This document shows positions 10,412-18,808 of a stretch of 30,413 bases of DNA, piece by piece; the stretch's first letter is position 1, and every line of letters starts with the position of its first letter. The stretch is from Planctomycetota bacterium (lineage in GTDB: Bacteria; Planctomycetota; SZUA-567; H5-PLA8). The stretch is taken from NCBI GenBank assembly GCA_045863855.1, contig BTVV01000073.1, positions 1 to 30,413 on the forward strand. Reading direction: 5' to 3'. Made by a program: the position numbers and the translations under genes. Under the pieces are notes generated by a model, which was given only the letters and a program-made list of their open reading frames with translations, was not told the DNA's origin and did not search any database.

Positions 10412-10551
10412 GTTTTTTAGTACAAAAAGGTTAGCACAGCTTTAGGTTGCTTGCGCACCTGGTGTAGAAGGCTTGCCAATCACCTCGTGCGAACGTATGG
10501 TGAACCGGTTACCGCAAACTGCTTCCCGTATGAATTTTTAAGGCCGCTCGC

Positions 10552-11997
10552 ATGCCCTTATCCGCCACCCTTTTGGCAGCGTTACGCGAAGCCGTGGGCG
10601 CCGCGAACGTGCAAAACCAAGCCGATGAGCTTTTCGTGTACGAGTGCGACGGGCTGACCGTCGACCGTGCGACGCCCGGTGCAGTGGTTTTCGTGCACTC
10701 CACAGAGGAGGTTGCGAGGGTCGTACGGGCTTGCTCCGAACATGCTCATCCGTTCGTCGCGCGCGGGGCGGGAACCGGTCTGTCCGGCGGCGCAGTGGCG
10801 TTAAACGGCGCGGTGGTGATCGAACTGGCGCGCATGAATCGCATTCTGGAGGTCGATTTCGAGAATCGGGTGGCTCTGGTGGAGCCTGGGGTCGTCAATG
10901 TGCACCTCACCAAAGCTTGCAGCGAACGGCACCTGCACTATGCGCCGGATCCTTCGAGCCAAGGCGCGTGCTCCATCGGCGGCAATGTCGCCGAGAACTC
11001 CGGCGGGCCCCACACGCTGAAGTACGGCGTCACGGTCAACCACGTGCTAGGGCTGGAGGTTGTCTTGCCTTCGGGCGAAGTGATCGAACTGGGCGGTCCG
11101 CACGGTAAAGGCCAAGGCTACGATCTCGTCGGGCTATTCGTGGGCAGCGAAGGCACCTTTGGCATCGCCACGAAAGCCTGGGTGAAACTCACGCCCAACC
11201 CCGAAGCGGTGAAGACGCTGCTGGCCGTTTTCGCCAGCGTCGATGAAGCCAGCCGCGCGGTGAGCGGGATCATTGCCGCGGGGATTGTCCCGGCGGCGCT
11301 GGAGCTGATCGATCAGACCATCGTTCGCGCCGTCGAGCAGTGGTTGCATCTGGGCTTTCCGACCGATGCGGGCGCGGTGCTGCTCATCGAACTTGACGGC
11401 TTGCGCGACGGGCTAGAGCCGCTCGCCGACCGCGTGATGCGTTGCTGCCGCGAAGCTGGCGGGCTGGACGTGCGCCAAGCCAAGGACGAGAAGGAACGCC
11501 TGCTGCTTTGGAAAGCGCGCAAACAGGCCTTTGGCGCGGTGGGGCGCCTGTCGCCCAGCTATTACGTTCAGGACGGCGTGATCCCGCGCAGCCGGCTGCC
11601 CGGCGTGCTGGCGCAGATCACGGCGTCGGCCGAACGCCACGGGCTCGTCAACGCCAACGTCTTTCATGCCGGCGACGGCAACCTGCATCCGCTGATCCTG
11701 TTCGACGAGCGCGATCCGCGCCAGGTCGAGGCGGCGCTGGCCTGCAACGAAGAAGTGATGAGCGCGGTGATTGAGGCCGGGGGAATGCTGAGCGGCGAGC
11801 ACGGCATCGGACTCGAGAAGCTCCATTTTATGCCGCGGGTATTCAGCCCGGACGATCTGGATGCGATGCTGCGCGTGCGCGAAGTTTTCGATCCGCGGCA
11901 CTTGTCGAATCCTCATAAAGCGATCCCGAGCCGGCGCTGCTGGGAAGTGAAAGGGCACGAGCCGCCCAAGCTGGAGCCGCCGAGGCAGAAGCTGTGA
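10552..11997 (+). CDS. glcD: Glycolate oxidase subunit GlcD-like FAD-linked oxidase
   Basis: YECDGLT, ARGAGTGLSGGA, YAPDPSSQ.ACSIGGNVAENSGGPH.LKYG, GSEGTFG, NVFHAGDGNLHPLI, GEHGIGLEK. Confidence 0.93.
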   Translation: MPLSATLLAALREAVGAANVQNQADELFVYECDGLTVDRATPGAVVFVHSTEEVARVVRACSEHAHPFVARGAGTGLSGGAVALNGAVVIELARMNRILEVDFENRVALVEPGVVNVHLTKACSERHLHYAPDPSSQGACSIGGNVAENSGGPHTLKYGVTVNHVLGLEVVLPSGEVIELGGPHGKGQGYDLVGLFVGSEGTFGIATKAWVKLTPNPEAVKTLLAVFASVDEASRAVSGIIAAGIVPAALELIDQTIVRAVEQWLHLGFPTDAGAVLLIELDGLRDGLEPLADRVMRCCREAGGLDVRQAKDEKERLLLWKARKQAFGAVGRLSPSYYVQDGVIPRSRLPGVLAQITASAERHGLVNANVFHAGDGNLHPLILFDERDPRQVEAALACNEEVMSAVIEAGGMLSGEHGIGLEKLHFMPRVFSPDDLDAMLRVREVFDPRHLSNPHKAIPSRRCWEVKGHEPPKLEPPRQKL

Positions 11998-12016
11998 TGC
12001 GCAAGGAGCGATCGAC

Positions 12017-13342
12017 TTGAGCGGCTTGGCCGGATTTCTCGACGCCGCGCGTCTGAGTCTGGGCGCGGAACAGGTGCTCGACGCCCCCGCGCTGCTGGAT
12101 GCCTTGAGCCTGCCGCAAGCGCGCCCGGCGGCGCTCTTGCGCCCGGGGAGCGTGGAAGAAATCGTGCTCGCAGTGAAGCTGGCGAACGAGCACCGTGTGC
12201 CGCTCCTGCCGTGCGGCGGCTGGACGGCGATGCACTACGGCGACCCCGCGCCGTCCGGCGCCGTGGCGCTCTCGCTACAGCGGCTGGACCGGCTCGTCGA
12301 GCACAGCCCCGCGGATATGGTGGCCACGGCTCAAGCGGGCTTGGCGTTCGGCGCGTTCCAAGACCGTTTGCACGAGCACGGCCAGTGGCTGCCGTTCGAG
12401 GCGCCGGCGGCGGCGACGTTGGGCGGGTTGCTCGCCACCGACCGCAGCGGCCCACGCCGCTTGGGTTACGGCACGCTGCGCGATCAGGTGCTGGGGCTGA
12501 CGGTCGTGAACGGCGACGGCGTCGTGCGCAAATGCGGCGGGAAGGTGGTCAAGAACGTCACCGGTTACGACTTGGCCAAGCTGTACATCGGTTCGCTGGG
12601 CACACTGGGTGTGATCGTCGAGGCGACGTTCAAGCTCCGTCCGCGGCCCGAGACGAGCAGCGTACAGGAGCTGGAGCACGACGACTTTGCCGCGGGATTC
12701 AAGCTGGTGCGCGAGTTGGTGCAGCGGCTTCCGTTCGTAGCGGCGGTGGCGGGTTTTCCGGGCAAACCGTTCGTGGCGCAGCTTGGCATCGACGCTTCGC
12801 CGCCCGATCATGCGCGGCTATTGCGCGAGCTGGAGGCCGCCTGTTCATCCGGGGGCGCGCGCCTGCGCGAGACCGGCGCGACGCACCTGGATGCGGAAGA
12901 GTTTCCGCCGCGCCCACGGCGCTTGCGCGCGGTGACGCTGACCGACGGGCGAACCGTCGAACCGACGCTGGCAGCTCGTCTGACCTGGCCGGCATTCGCG
13001 GGCGACTTTCCCGAGCAGATCGCGGCACTGGACCAACTGGCCGCCTCGCACGGCTTCGGGCTGATGATGGGTTTCTTCGAGTTTCCCAGCCGGGTGAGTG
13101 CCGAACTGTTCGGCACGTTGGAGGGCAGCGAAGGCGCTCCGGCGCCCGATCTGGACGGAATGGTGAAGGCGCTGCGCAAGGCGGGCCTACCGGTCACGGT
13201 GGCGTGGACCGGCGCGGAACAGACCTTGAGCGCGCGCGCATTCGGGCCGCCGCAGCGGGCATGGGAACTCATGCGCGGCATCAAGCGTGCGCTGGATCCG
13301 GGCGCGGTGCTTAACCCCGGGCGTTTCGTCGAAGGTATCTGA
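12017..13342 (+). CDS. glcE: Glycolate oxidase subunit GlcE-like FAD-binding protein
   Basis: ATLGG, SGPRRLGYG.LRD.VLG, GGKVVKNVTGYDL.KL..GSLGTLGVI, IKRALDP..VLNPGR. TTG start behind AAGGAG. Confidence 0.9.
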   Translation: MSGLAGFLDAARLSLGAEQVLDAPALLDALSLPQARPAALLRPGSVEEIVLAVKLANEHRVPLLPCGGWTAMHYGDPAPSGAVALSLQRLDRLVEHSPADMVATAQAGLAFGAFQDRLHEHGQWLPFEAPAAATLGGLLATDRSGPRRLGYGTLRDQVLGLTVVNGDGVVRKCGGKVVKNVTGYDLAKLYIGSLGTLGVIVEATFKLRPRPETSSVQELEHDDFAAGFKLVRELVQRLPFVAAVAGFPGKPFVAQLGIDASPPDHARLLRELEAACSSGGARLRETGATHLDAEEFPPRPRRLRAVTLTDGRTVEPTLAARLTWPAFAGDFPEQIAALDQLAASHGFGLMMGFFEFPSRVSAELFGTLEGSEGAPAPDLDGMVKALRKAGLPVTVAWTGAEQTLSARAFGPPQRAWELMRGIKRALDPGAVLNPGRFVEGI

Positions 13343-13349
13343 ATCCGCC

Positions 13350-14141
13350 ATGGACCAAACTCCTCCACCGCCCGAAGTCTACGAGTACGAACCGTCCGGT
13401 GGCGGTTGGTACGGCATTCCGTCTTGGGGCTACCTGATCTACACGGTCTTTTGGATCTGGATGATGGTCGACGCTTACCGGCGTTACGGTTTGGGTCCTT
13501 GGATGCTGATTCTGTTCTTCTTCAATCTATCGTCCGTCGTTTATTTCGTGATTCACGCGCGCTCGATCCTGACCGGCACGCTGCGCGGCGGAGGCGACGG
13601 CCCGGGACTGTTCGGCTTGGGCCTGCGCGCGAAGATCCGCAAGGCCGAGCAGCAGATGCGGATGGCGGATACGCCGGCCGCGCGGGAAGAACTGGCCGAA
13701 CTGTATTACCAGGCCAAGCGCTATGCCGATTGCGAGACGCTGTTTAAGCGCGCGTTGGAGTACGGCGAGAACGCGGAAGCGCACTATTATCTCGGGCTTT
13801 GCCGCCTGGCGCAGACCGACTCGGCCGGCGCGTTTGCGCACTTCGAGAAGGTCATGGCCGCGGACAAGAAGCTGCGCTTCGGGCTGGCTTGGTGGCGCTA
13901 CGCCGAGTGCCTGCGCGCACTGGGGCGCGTGCCCGAGGCGCTGGAGGAACTGCGGCAACTGCACCGCGCGTTTCCGCGCCCGCTGACCGAGTTCGCCTAC
14001 GCCCGAGTCCTGGCCGAAGCCGGAGAAAAAGAGAAAGCGCGCCGCGTGATCGAGGAAATGCTTGCCACGAGCCAGAACGCACCGCGCGAAGACCGCGTCT
14101 ATCTGAGCGAAGGGCGCGCGCTGCTCAAAACCCTGGGCTGA
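13350..14141 (+). CDS. Membrane protein with an N-terminal two-helix anchor and C-terminal TPR repeats
   Basis: Hydrophobic IWMMVDAYRR....WMLILFFF hairpin, then TPR-like helices (ELAELYYQAKRYADC, AHYYLGLC, YAECLRALGRVPEA). ATG 13350 is 7 bp after glcE. Confidence 0.78.
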   Translation: MDQTPPPPEVYEYEPSGGGWYGIPSWGYLIYTVFWIWMMVDAYRRYGLGPWMLILFFFNLSSVVYFVIHARSILTGTLRGGGDGPGLFGLGLRAKIRKAEQQMRMADTPAAREELAELYYQAKRYADCETLFKRALEYGENAEAHYYLGLCRLAQTDSAGAFAHFEKVMAADKKLRFGLAWWRYAECLRALGRVPEALEELRQLHRAFPRPLTEFAYARVLAEAGEKEKARRVIEEMLATSQNAPREDRVYLSEGRALLKTLG

Positions 14142-14153
14142 CGAGGCTCGCGA

Positions 14154-15533
14154 CTACTTCAAGAGTGTCTTCAGATACTCCACACAGCGGGCGGTGGCGC
14201 CTTGCTTTTTGAGCAGGGCCTCGCGCGCTCGGACGCCCAAGGCATGCGCGGCTTCGGGGTCGGCCAGAAGCTTTTCGAGGGTTTCGCGCAAGCCTTCGGC
14301 ATCATCGACCATTCGCGCGCCGTCGGCTTCCTTGAGCAGCAACACGGCTTCGGCGAAATTCTGCATGTACGGCCCATAGACGCAGGCCAAGCCCAATCCC
14401 GCCGGCTCCATGACGCTCTGGCCGCCGTGGGGAATCAGGCTTCCGCCGACGAAGGCCAGATCCGCCGCGGTGTAGAGCTGCTTCAGTTCGCCCATCGTGT
14501 CGACCAGGATGACCGCGCTGTCGAGGCGTTCGGCGGGCATTCCATCCAGCGCCGAGAGCCCCTGCGCCTTCAGGATCGAACGCTTCAGGACGGCCAAACC
14601 GTGCGAGGCGATCTCCCTTTCGACCTCGGGCAGCCGGTGCGGATGTCGCGGACAAAGGATCAAGCGCAGCCGCGGATGCTTCTCGCGCAAGAGGCGATAC
14701 ACCCCCAGCAATGCCGCTTCTTCGCTGGGATGGGTGCTGCCGCCGATCCAGACCTGCGCGTTTTGCGCGAGGCCCATGGCGCGGCGCAGCGCCTGGCGTG
14801 CTTCTGCCGGTGGCGGCGCGGTATCCACGTCGTCGTACTTGATGTTTCCGGCGACCTCGATGCGCGAGGCGTCGACACCCAATTCGCGCAAGCGTCCGGC
14901 GTACTCGTCGCTTTGGGCCAGCCAGCGCCGGACGCGCAGAAAGCTGCGCCCCAAGAGCCACCAGCCACGGGCGTAGCGCCGCGCGCTGCGTTCTGTAATG
15001 CGTGCGTTCAGCACCACGATGGGAATGCCGCGCGCCGCACATTCGGCGGTGAAGTTGGGCCAGACTTCCAGCTCCATCAGGACGACCAGGGCCGGCTTGG
15101 TGCGGTCCAGCGCGCGGCGCACGCAGCGCGAAAAGTCCAGCGGGTAGTAGAAAACGGAGGCCTCGCCGTAGAGCTTGCGGGCGACTTCTTGTCCCGTGTC
15201 CGTCGTGGTGCTGAAAACGATCTCCACGCCGGGTAATTCGCTTTTCAGTGCTTTGTAGAGCACATGGGTGGCCTTGGCCTCGCCCACCGAGACGGCATGG
15301 ATCCAGATGCGTTGGACATGGGCTGGACGATCGGGAAGGTGTCCGCGCTTTTGGGCTCCGCCGTGGAGATCCTTCTTAAGCACCCAGCGCCGGTAGCAGA
15401 GCAGCGGTGCGCCTAAGATCGCCGCCGTGGCATAAAGAAGGTCGAATCCGAGCGATGCACCTGTGCCCACGCCCTCGGGTGGGCCGGGATCGTGCGGACT
15501 TTCGGCCGGGAACGCGGCTTCATTGCTGGGCAT
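14154..15533 (-). CDS. waaA: 3-deoxy-D-manno-octulosonic acid (Kdo) transferase
   Basis: IWIHAVSVGE, YYPLD, ELEVWPN, NARIT, GNIKYD, GSTH..EE, PRHP.R, DTMGEL, AFVGGSL..HGGQ...EP. Start placed at ATG 15533. Confidence 0.96.
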   Translation of the reverse strand: MPSNEAAFPAESPHDPGPPEGVGTGASLGFDLLYATAAILGAPLLCYRRWVLKKDLHGGAQKRGHLPDRPAHVQRIWIHAVSVGEAKATHVLYKALKSELPGVEIVFSTTTDTGQEVARKLYGEASVFYYPLDFSRCVRRALDRTKPALVVLMELEVWPNFTAECAARGIPIVVLNARITERSARRYARGWWLLGRSFLRVRRWLAQSDEYAGRLRELGVDASRIEVAGNIKYDDVDTAPPPAEARQALRRAMGLAQNAQVWIGGSTHPSEEAALLGVYRLLREKHPRLRLILCPRHPHRLPEVEREIASHGLAVLKRSILKAQGLSALDGMPAERLDSAVILVDTMGELKQLYTAADLAFVGGSLIPHGGQSVMEPAGLGLACVYGPYMQNFAEAVLLLKEADGARMVDDAEGLRETLEKLLADPEAAHALGVRAREALLKKQGATARCVEYLKTLLK

Positions 15534-15539
15534 GCACCC

Positions 15540-15569
15540 ACGATACCGGCGCTGACTCGCATTCGTCAA
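15540..15569 (-). promoter_or_regulatory. Putative sigma-70 promoter of waaA, possibly leaderless
   Basis: Minus-strand TTGACG-N18-TATCGT ending 6 nt before the ATG at 15533. Confidence 0.5.
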
Positions 15570-15685
15570 CGAATCTGCCTGCACATGGCGCAATCTTAAG
15601 GTACAATGTGAGTTGCTGAACTTCCTATCGGGTTAGCAGTCGCGTGAGTTGTGCGTTGCCTCGTGAGGTAAGCCAGGGGGGGCGC

Positions 15686-17260
15686 ATGTCGGTTATCGAA
15701 GAAGCCCTCGATGCGAACGAAGGGACCACGGCCTTCCGCCTGGAAGCGCCGCTGGGCGAGTTGGTTATTGCCAAGGGCTTCGCCACCGAAGAACAGATTC
15801 GCGAATGTCTGGACGCTCAAGCGGATATGGCGCGTAAAGGCCAGGACCAACGCCTCGGCGATCTGCTCGTCGAGCGCGGCTACCTGCTCGCGCACCAGCT
15901 TGAAGCAGTCTTGAAGGAGCAAAAAGAAGCGCCCAAGCGGCGGCAGATCAAGGATTTCGAGTTGCTGGCGAAACTGGGCGAGGGCGGAATGGGGGCGGTC
16001 TTCAAAGCTCGCCGCCCGCGCGACGGCGCGCTGGTCGCGATGAAGGTGCTTTTCAAGCGCCTCGCCGCCGACGAACAGTACATCGCGCGCTTCCACCGCG
16101 AAGCGGCCATTGGGTTGACGCTCGACCATCCGAACGTGATCAAGTGCCTCGAAGTCGGCGAGGACAACGGGCTGCATTACATGGCCCTGGAATACATCAG
16201 CGGGAACGACCTCGGCGCGGCGCTGACGCAGCGCGACAACTTCGCGGAAGCCCAGGCGCTCGCCATCGTCCTCGCCGCCGCCAAGGGCATCGAGTACGCG
16301 CACAAGAAAGGCCTGATCCACCGGGACATCAAGCCGGCGAACATCATGCTCACGGCCGAAGGCACCGTGAAGGTCATGGACTTCGGTCTCGCCCGGCAGC
16401 GTTTTGACGCCGACCACAGCCTGACGCTGACGGGTGTCGTGATGGGAACTCCGCATTACATGTCGCCCGAGCAGGTGGACGGCTCGGTGGATCTCGACGG
16501 GCGCAGCGATATTTATTCGCTGGGCGTGACGCTCTTTCACATGCTGACCGGGCGGCCGCCGTTCATCGGCGGTAACTTGTACGGCGTGCTAACCGCTCAC
16601 CTGACCAGCCACGTGCCCGATCCGCGCCAGTACAACAAGGGCGTCTCGCCGGAGACGGCCGACTTGGTGCTCCGCATGTGCGCGCGCGACCGCGAGGAGC
16701 GCGTACAGAGTCTGGAGCACGTGGTCTTGGAGATTTCGCGGCTGCTGGGGCTGCCCAGCGCCGAACAGCTCGCCAAACTCGTTACCAGCCGCGCCGACGA
16801 AGAGTGGGATCCGGCCAAGATGCCATCCACGCGCGTGGCCTACAATTCGATCCTCGACGAGCTGCGTTGCCCGCGCTGTACCTGCACCTTCATGGGCGAT
16901 CCGGGGCTGGTCTCGAAGGACCAGCGCCTGCGCTGCCACAATTGCGGACTGGTCTTTACTTGCCCGGTCTCGCCGCCCAATCCGCCTGCCATATTGCCTC
17001 GCGTCATTCAGATCGAGAAGGTGCCTGAAGAGGCTGCGCGAGCCGTATCCAAACCGGTCGATACCGCCGACATGCTGCGGCTATCGCTGGAGGCGAACAA
17101 GAGCCTCGAACTCAAGCCTCCGCCAACACATCGACCCAGCTACCCGCGCGTGATGAAACAGGCGATGTGGTGGGCGCTGGCGATCGTCGTAGTGGCCATT
17201 GCCGGCTGGATCGTGAGCGCGATCCTGGGCGGAACGTTCGACCGATTCTTCACGAAATAG
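15686..17260 (+). CDS. Ser/Thr protein kinase with N-terminal MshEN-like repeats, a zinc ribbon and a C-terminal TM anchor
   Basis: LGEGGMGAV, VAMK, HRDIKPAN, DFGLAR, GTPHYMSPEQ, DIYSLG; two LGxxLxxxG repeats; CPRC...CHNC; C-terminal hydrophobic helix. Confidence 0.93.
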   Translation: MSVIEEALDANEGTTAFRLEAPLGELVIAKGFATEEQIRECLDAQADMARKGQDQRLGDLLVERGYLLAHQLEAVLKEQKEAPKRRQIKDFELLAKLGEGGMGAVFKARRPRDGALVAMKVLFKRLAADEQYIARFHREAAIGLTLDHPNVIKCLEVGEDNGLHYMALEYISGNDLGAALTQRDNFAEAQALAIVLAAAKGIEYAHKKGLIHRDIKPANIMLTAEGTVKVMDFGLARQRFDADHSLTLTGVVMGTPHYMSPEQVDGSVDLDGRSDIYSLGVTLFHMLTGRPPFIGGNLYGVLTAHLTSHVPDPRQYNKGVSPETADLVLRMCARDREERVQSLEHVVLEISRLLGLPSAEQLAKLVTSRADEEWDPAKMPSTRVAYNSILDELRCPRCTCTFMGDPGLVSKDQRLRCHNCGLVFTCPVSPPNPPAILPRVIQIEKVPEEAARAVSKPVDTADMLRLSLEANKSLELKPPPTHRPSYPRVMKQAMWWALAIVVVAIAGWIVSAILGGTFDRFFTK

Positions 17261-17319
17261 CCGCGGGAGCGTGGTTTCGCTCCAAAATCCTGGCCGACGC
17301 ACTACACTTTGCCCCGCAC

Positions 17320-18621
17320 ATGGCTACCGGACTCCAACGCCGCAAGCAACTCGGCAAGTACCGCATCGAGGCGCGCCTCGCACAGGGCGGTTTTGCCGAC
17401 GTTTATCGCGCGTACGACACGGTGGAAGGCATCCATGTTGCGCTCAAGATTCCACAGGCGCACCTGATGGATAAGGCGGCGCTGGAAGACTTTCGCAAGG
17501 AAGTCCGGCTGAATGCCAGCCTCGATCATCCCAACATCATGCCGGTGAAGAACGCGAGCTTCGTCGACGGCGTCTTCGTGATTGTCTATCACTTGGGCGA
17601 ACGGACGCTGTACGACCGCATGTTGAAGAGTTTGAGCGTCAAAGCGGCGCTGGAGTACACCGAGCAGATTCTGCTGGCCTTGGCGCACGCGCACCGCAAG
17701 CGCATCATCCACTGCGACATCAAGCCCGAGAACTTTATTCTCTTTTCGGACAAGCGGCTGCGGCTGACCGACTTCGGGATTGCAAAGTTCGCGCGGCGGA
17801 CCATGAGCGCCTCAGGCTCGGGCACGGTCGGATACCTCTCGCCCGAACAGGCGCTGGGCAAGCCGACGCTGCGCAGCGATGTCTTTGCGGCAGGCCTGCT
17901 GATCTACAAATTGATCACCGGCGTGCTGCCCGAATGGCCCTTCCGCTGGCCGCTGGCTGGGAACGCTCGGCTGCGGGAACGGGTCAGCCCTTCGTTCGTC
18001 GGCTTTCTGCGCAGAGCCTTGGAGGTGGAAGAGCACAAGCGCTTCAGCGATTGCGCCCAGATGCTCAGCGTATTCAAACGCCTGAAGCGAAACGCGCAGG
18101 CAACCGGAAGAGTGCGGCGCAAGCGCCGCCGCGAAGCGCGAACCGTGGACCTCGACGCGGTTCGCCGGCGCTCGTTTTTGAAACATTACGGGCGCGAATT
18201 GAATGCCACGGGAAGGTGTCCCAAATGCGAGGGACCGGTTTCGGAGCGGATGCTCGCGTGCCCTTGGTGCGGGCATGCGCCGAAAGCATCGGTTGCCGCG
18301 ACGCGGTTTCCCGCGCGCTGCAAACGGTGCAAGCGCGGCGTGAAGCTGGATTGGAAGTTTTGCGCTCACTGCTACGGCGCGGCGATCGGCCCGCGCAGCG
18401 ACCGGCGTTACAGCGACCGTGAATACGCCGCTCGTTGCGCCGAAACCGCTTGCCGCGGGCCGCTGTTGCCGTTCAGCCGGTATTGTCCGTGGTGCCGCGC
18501 TCGCGTAAGACGGCGCTGGAAGCTGAAGCACGCGGATGAGACTTGCCCGCAATGCAAATGGGGTATCGTGCGTAAGCTGTGGAGCTACTGTCCATGGTGC
18601 GCGAAGAAGATCGAATCCTGA
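17320..18621 (+). CDS. Soluble Ser/Thr protein kinase with four C-terminal C4 zinc ribbons
   Basis: LAQGGFADV, VALK, HCDIKPEN, DFGIAK, GTVGYLSPEQ; 16 Cys in four C4 units. Start placed at ATG 17320. Confidence 0.92.
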   Translation: MATGLQRRKQLGKYRIEARLAQGGFADVYRAYDTVEGIHVALKIPQAHLMDKAALEDFRKEVRLNASLDHPNIMPVKNASFVDGVFVIVYHLGERTLYDRMLKSLSVKAALEYTEQILLALAHAHRKRIIHCDIKPENFILFSDKRLRLTDFGIAKFARRTMSASGSGTVGYLSPEQALGKPTLRSDVFAAGLLIYKLITGVLPEWPFRWPLAGNARLRERVSPSFVGFLRRALEVEEHKRFSDCAQMLSVFKRLKRNAQATGRVRRKRRREARTVDLDAVRRRSFLKHYGRELNATGRCPKCEGPVSERMLACPWCGHAPKASVAATRFPARCKRCKRGVKLDWKFCAHCYGAAIGPRSDRRYSDREYAARCAETACRGPLLPFSRYCPWCRARVRRRWKLKHADETCPQCKWGIVRKLWSYCPWCAKKIES

Positions 18622-18808
18622 AGCCGTCGGGATATCTGGACGATTCCCGAAGCGGACCTTGGCGTGCGCTCGCGCGCCGGAGGCCGGGAGCTTCCCCATG
18701 CCGCGAACCGCGCTTGCTCTTCGCGAACATTTCAGTGCACCACCGTTACTCGCCTTGCCGCGCATTTGGCGCTGCGCGCGTCCTCGCCTGGACCGAGGTC
18801 TTGCGCGC

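Noticed and set aside
18536..18808. 91-aa N-terminal extension of the phosphatase overlapping kinase 2, or a frameshift fusion
   Set aside because: The extension looks non-coding, I saw no slippery site, and ATG 18809 has its own GAGGT RBS.
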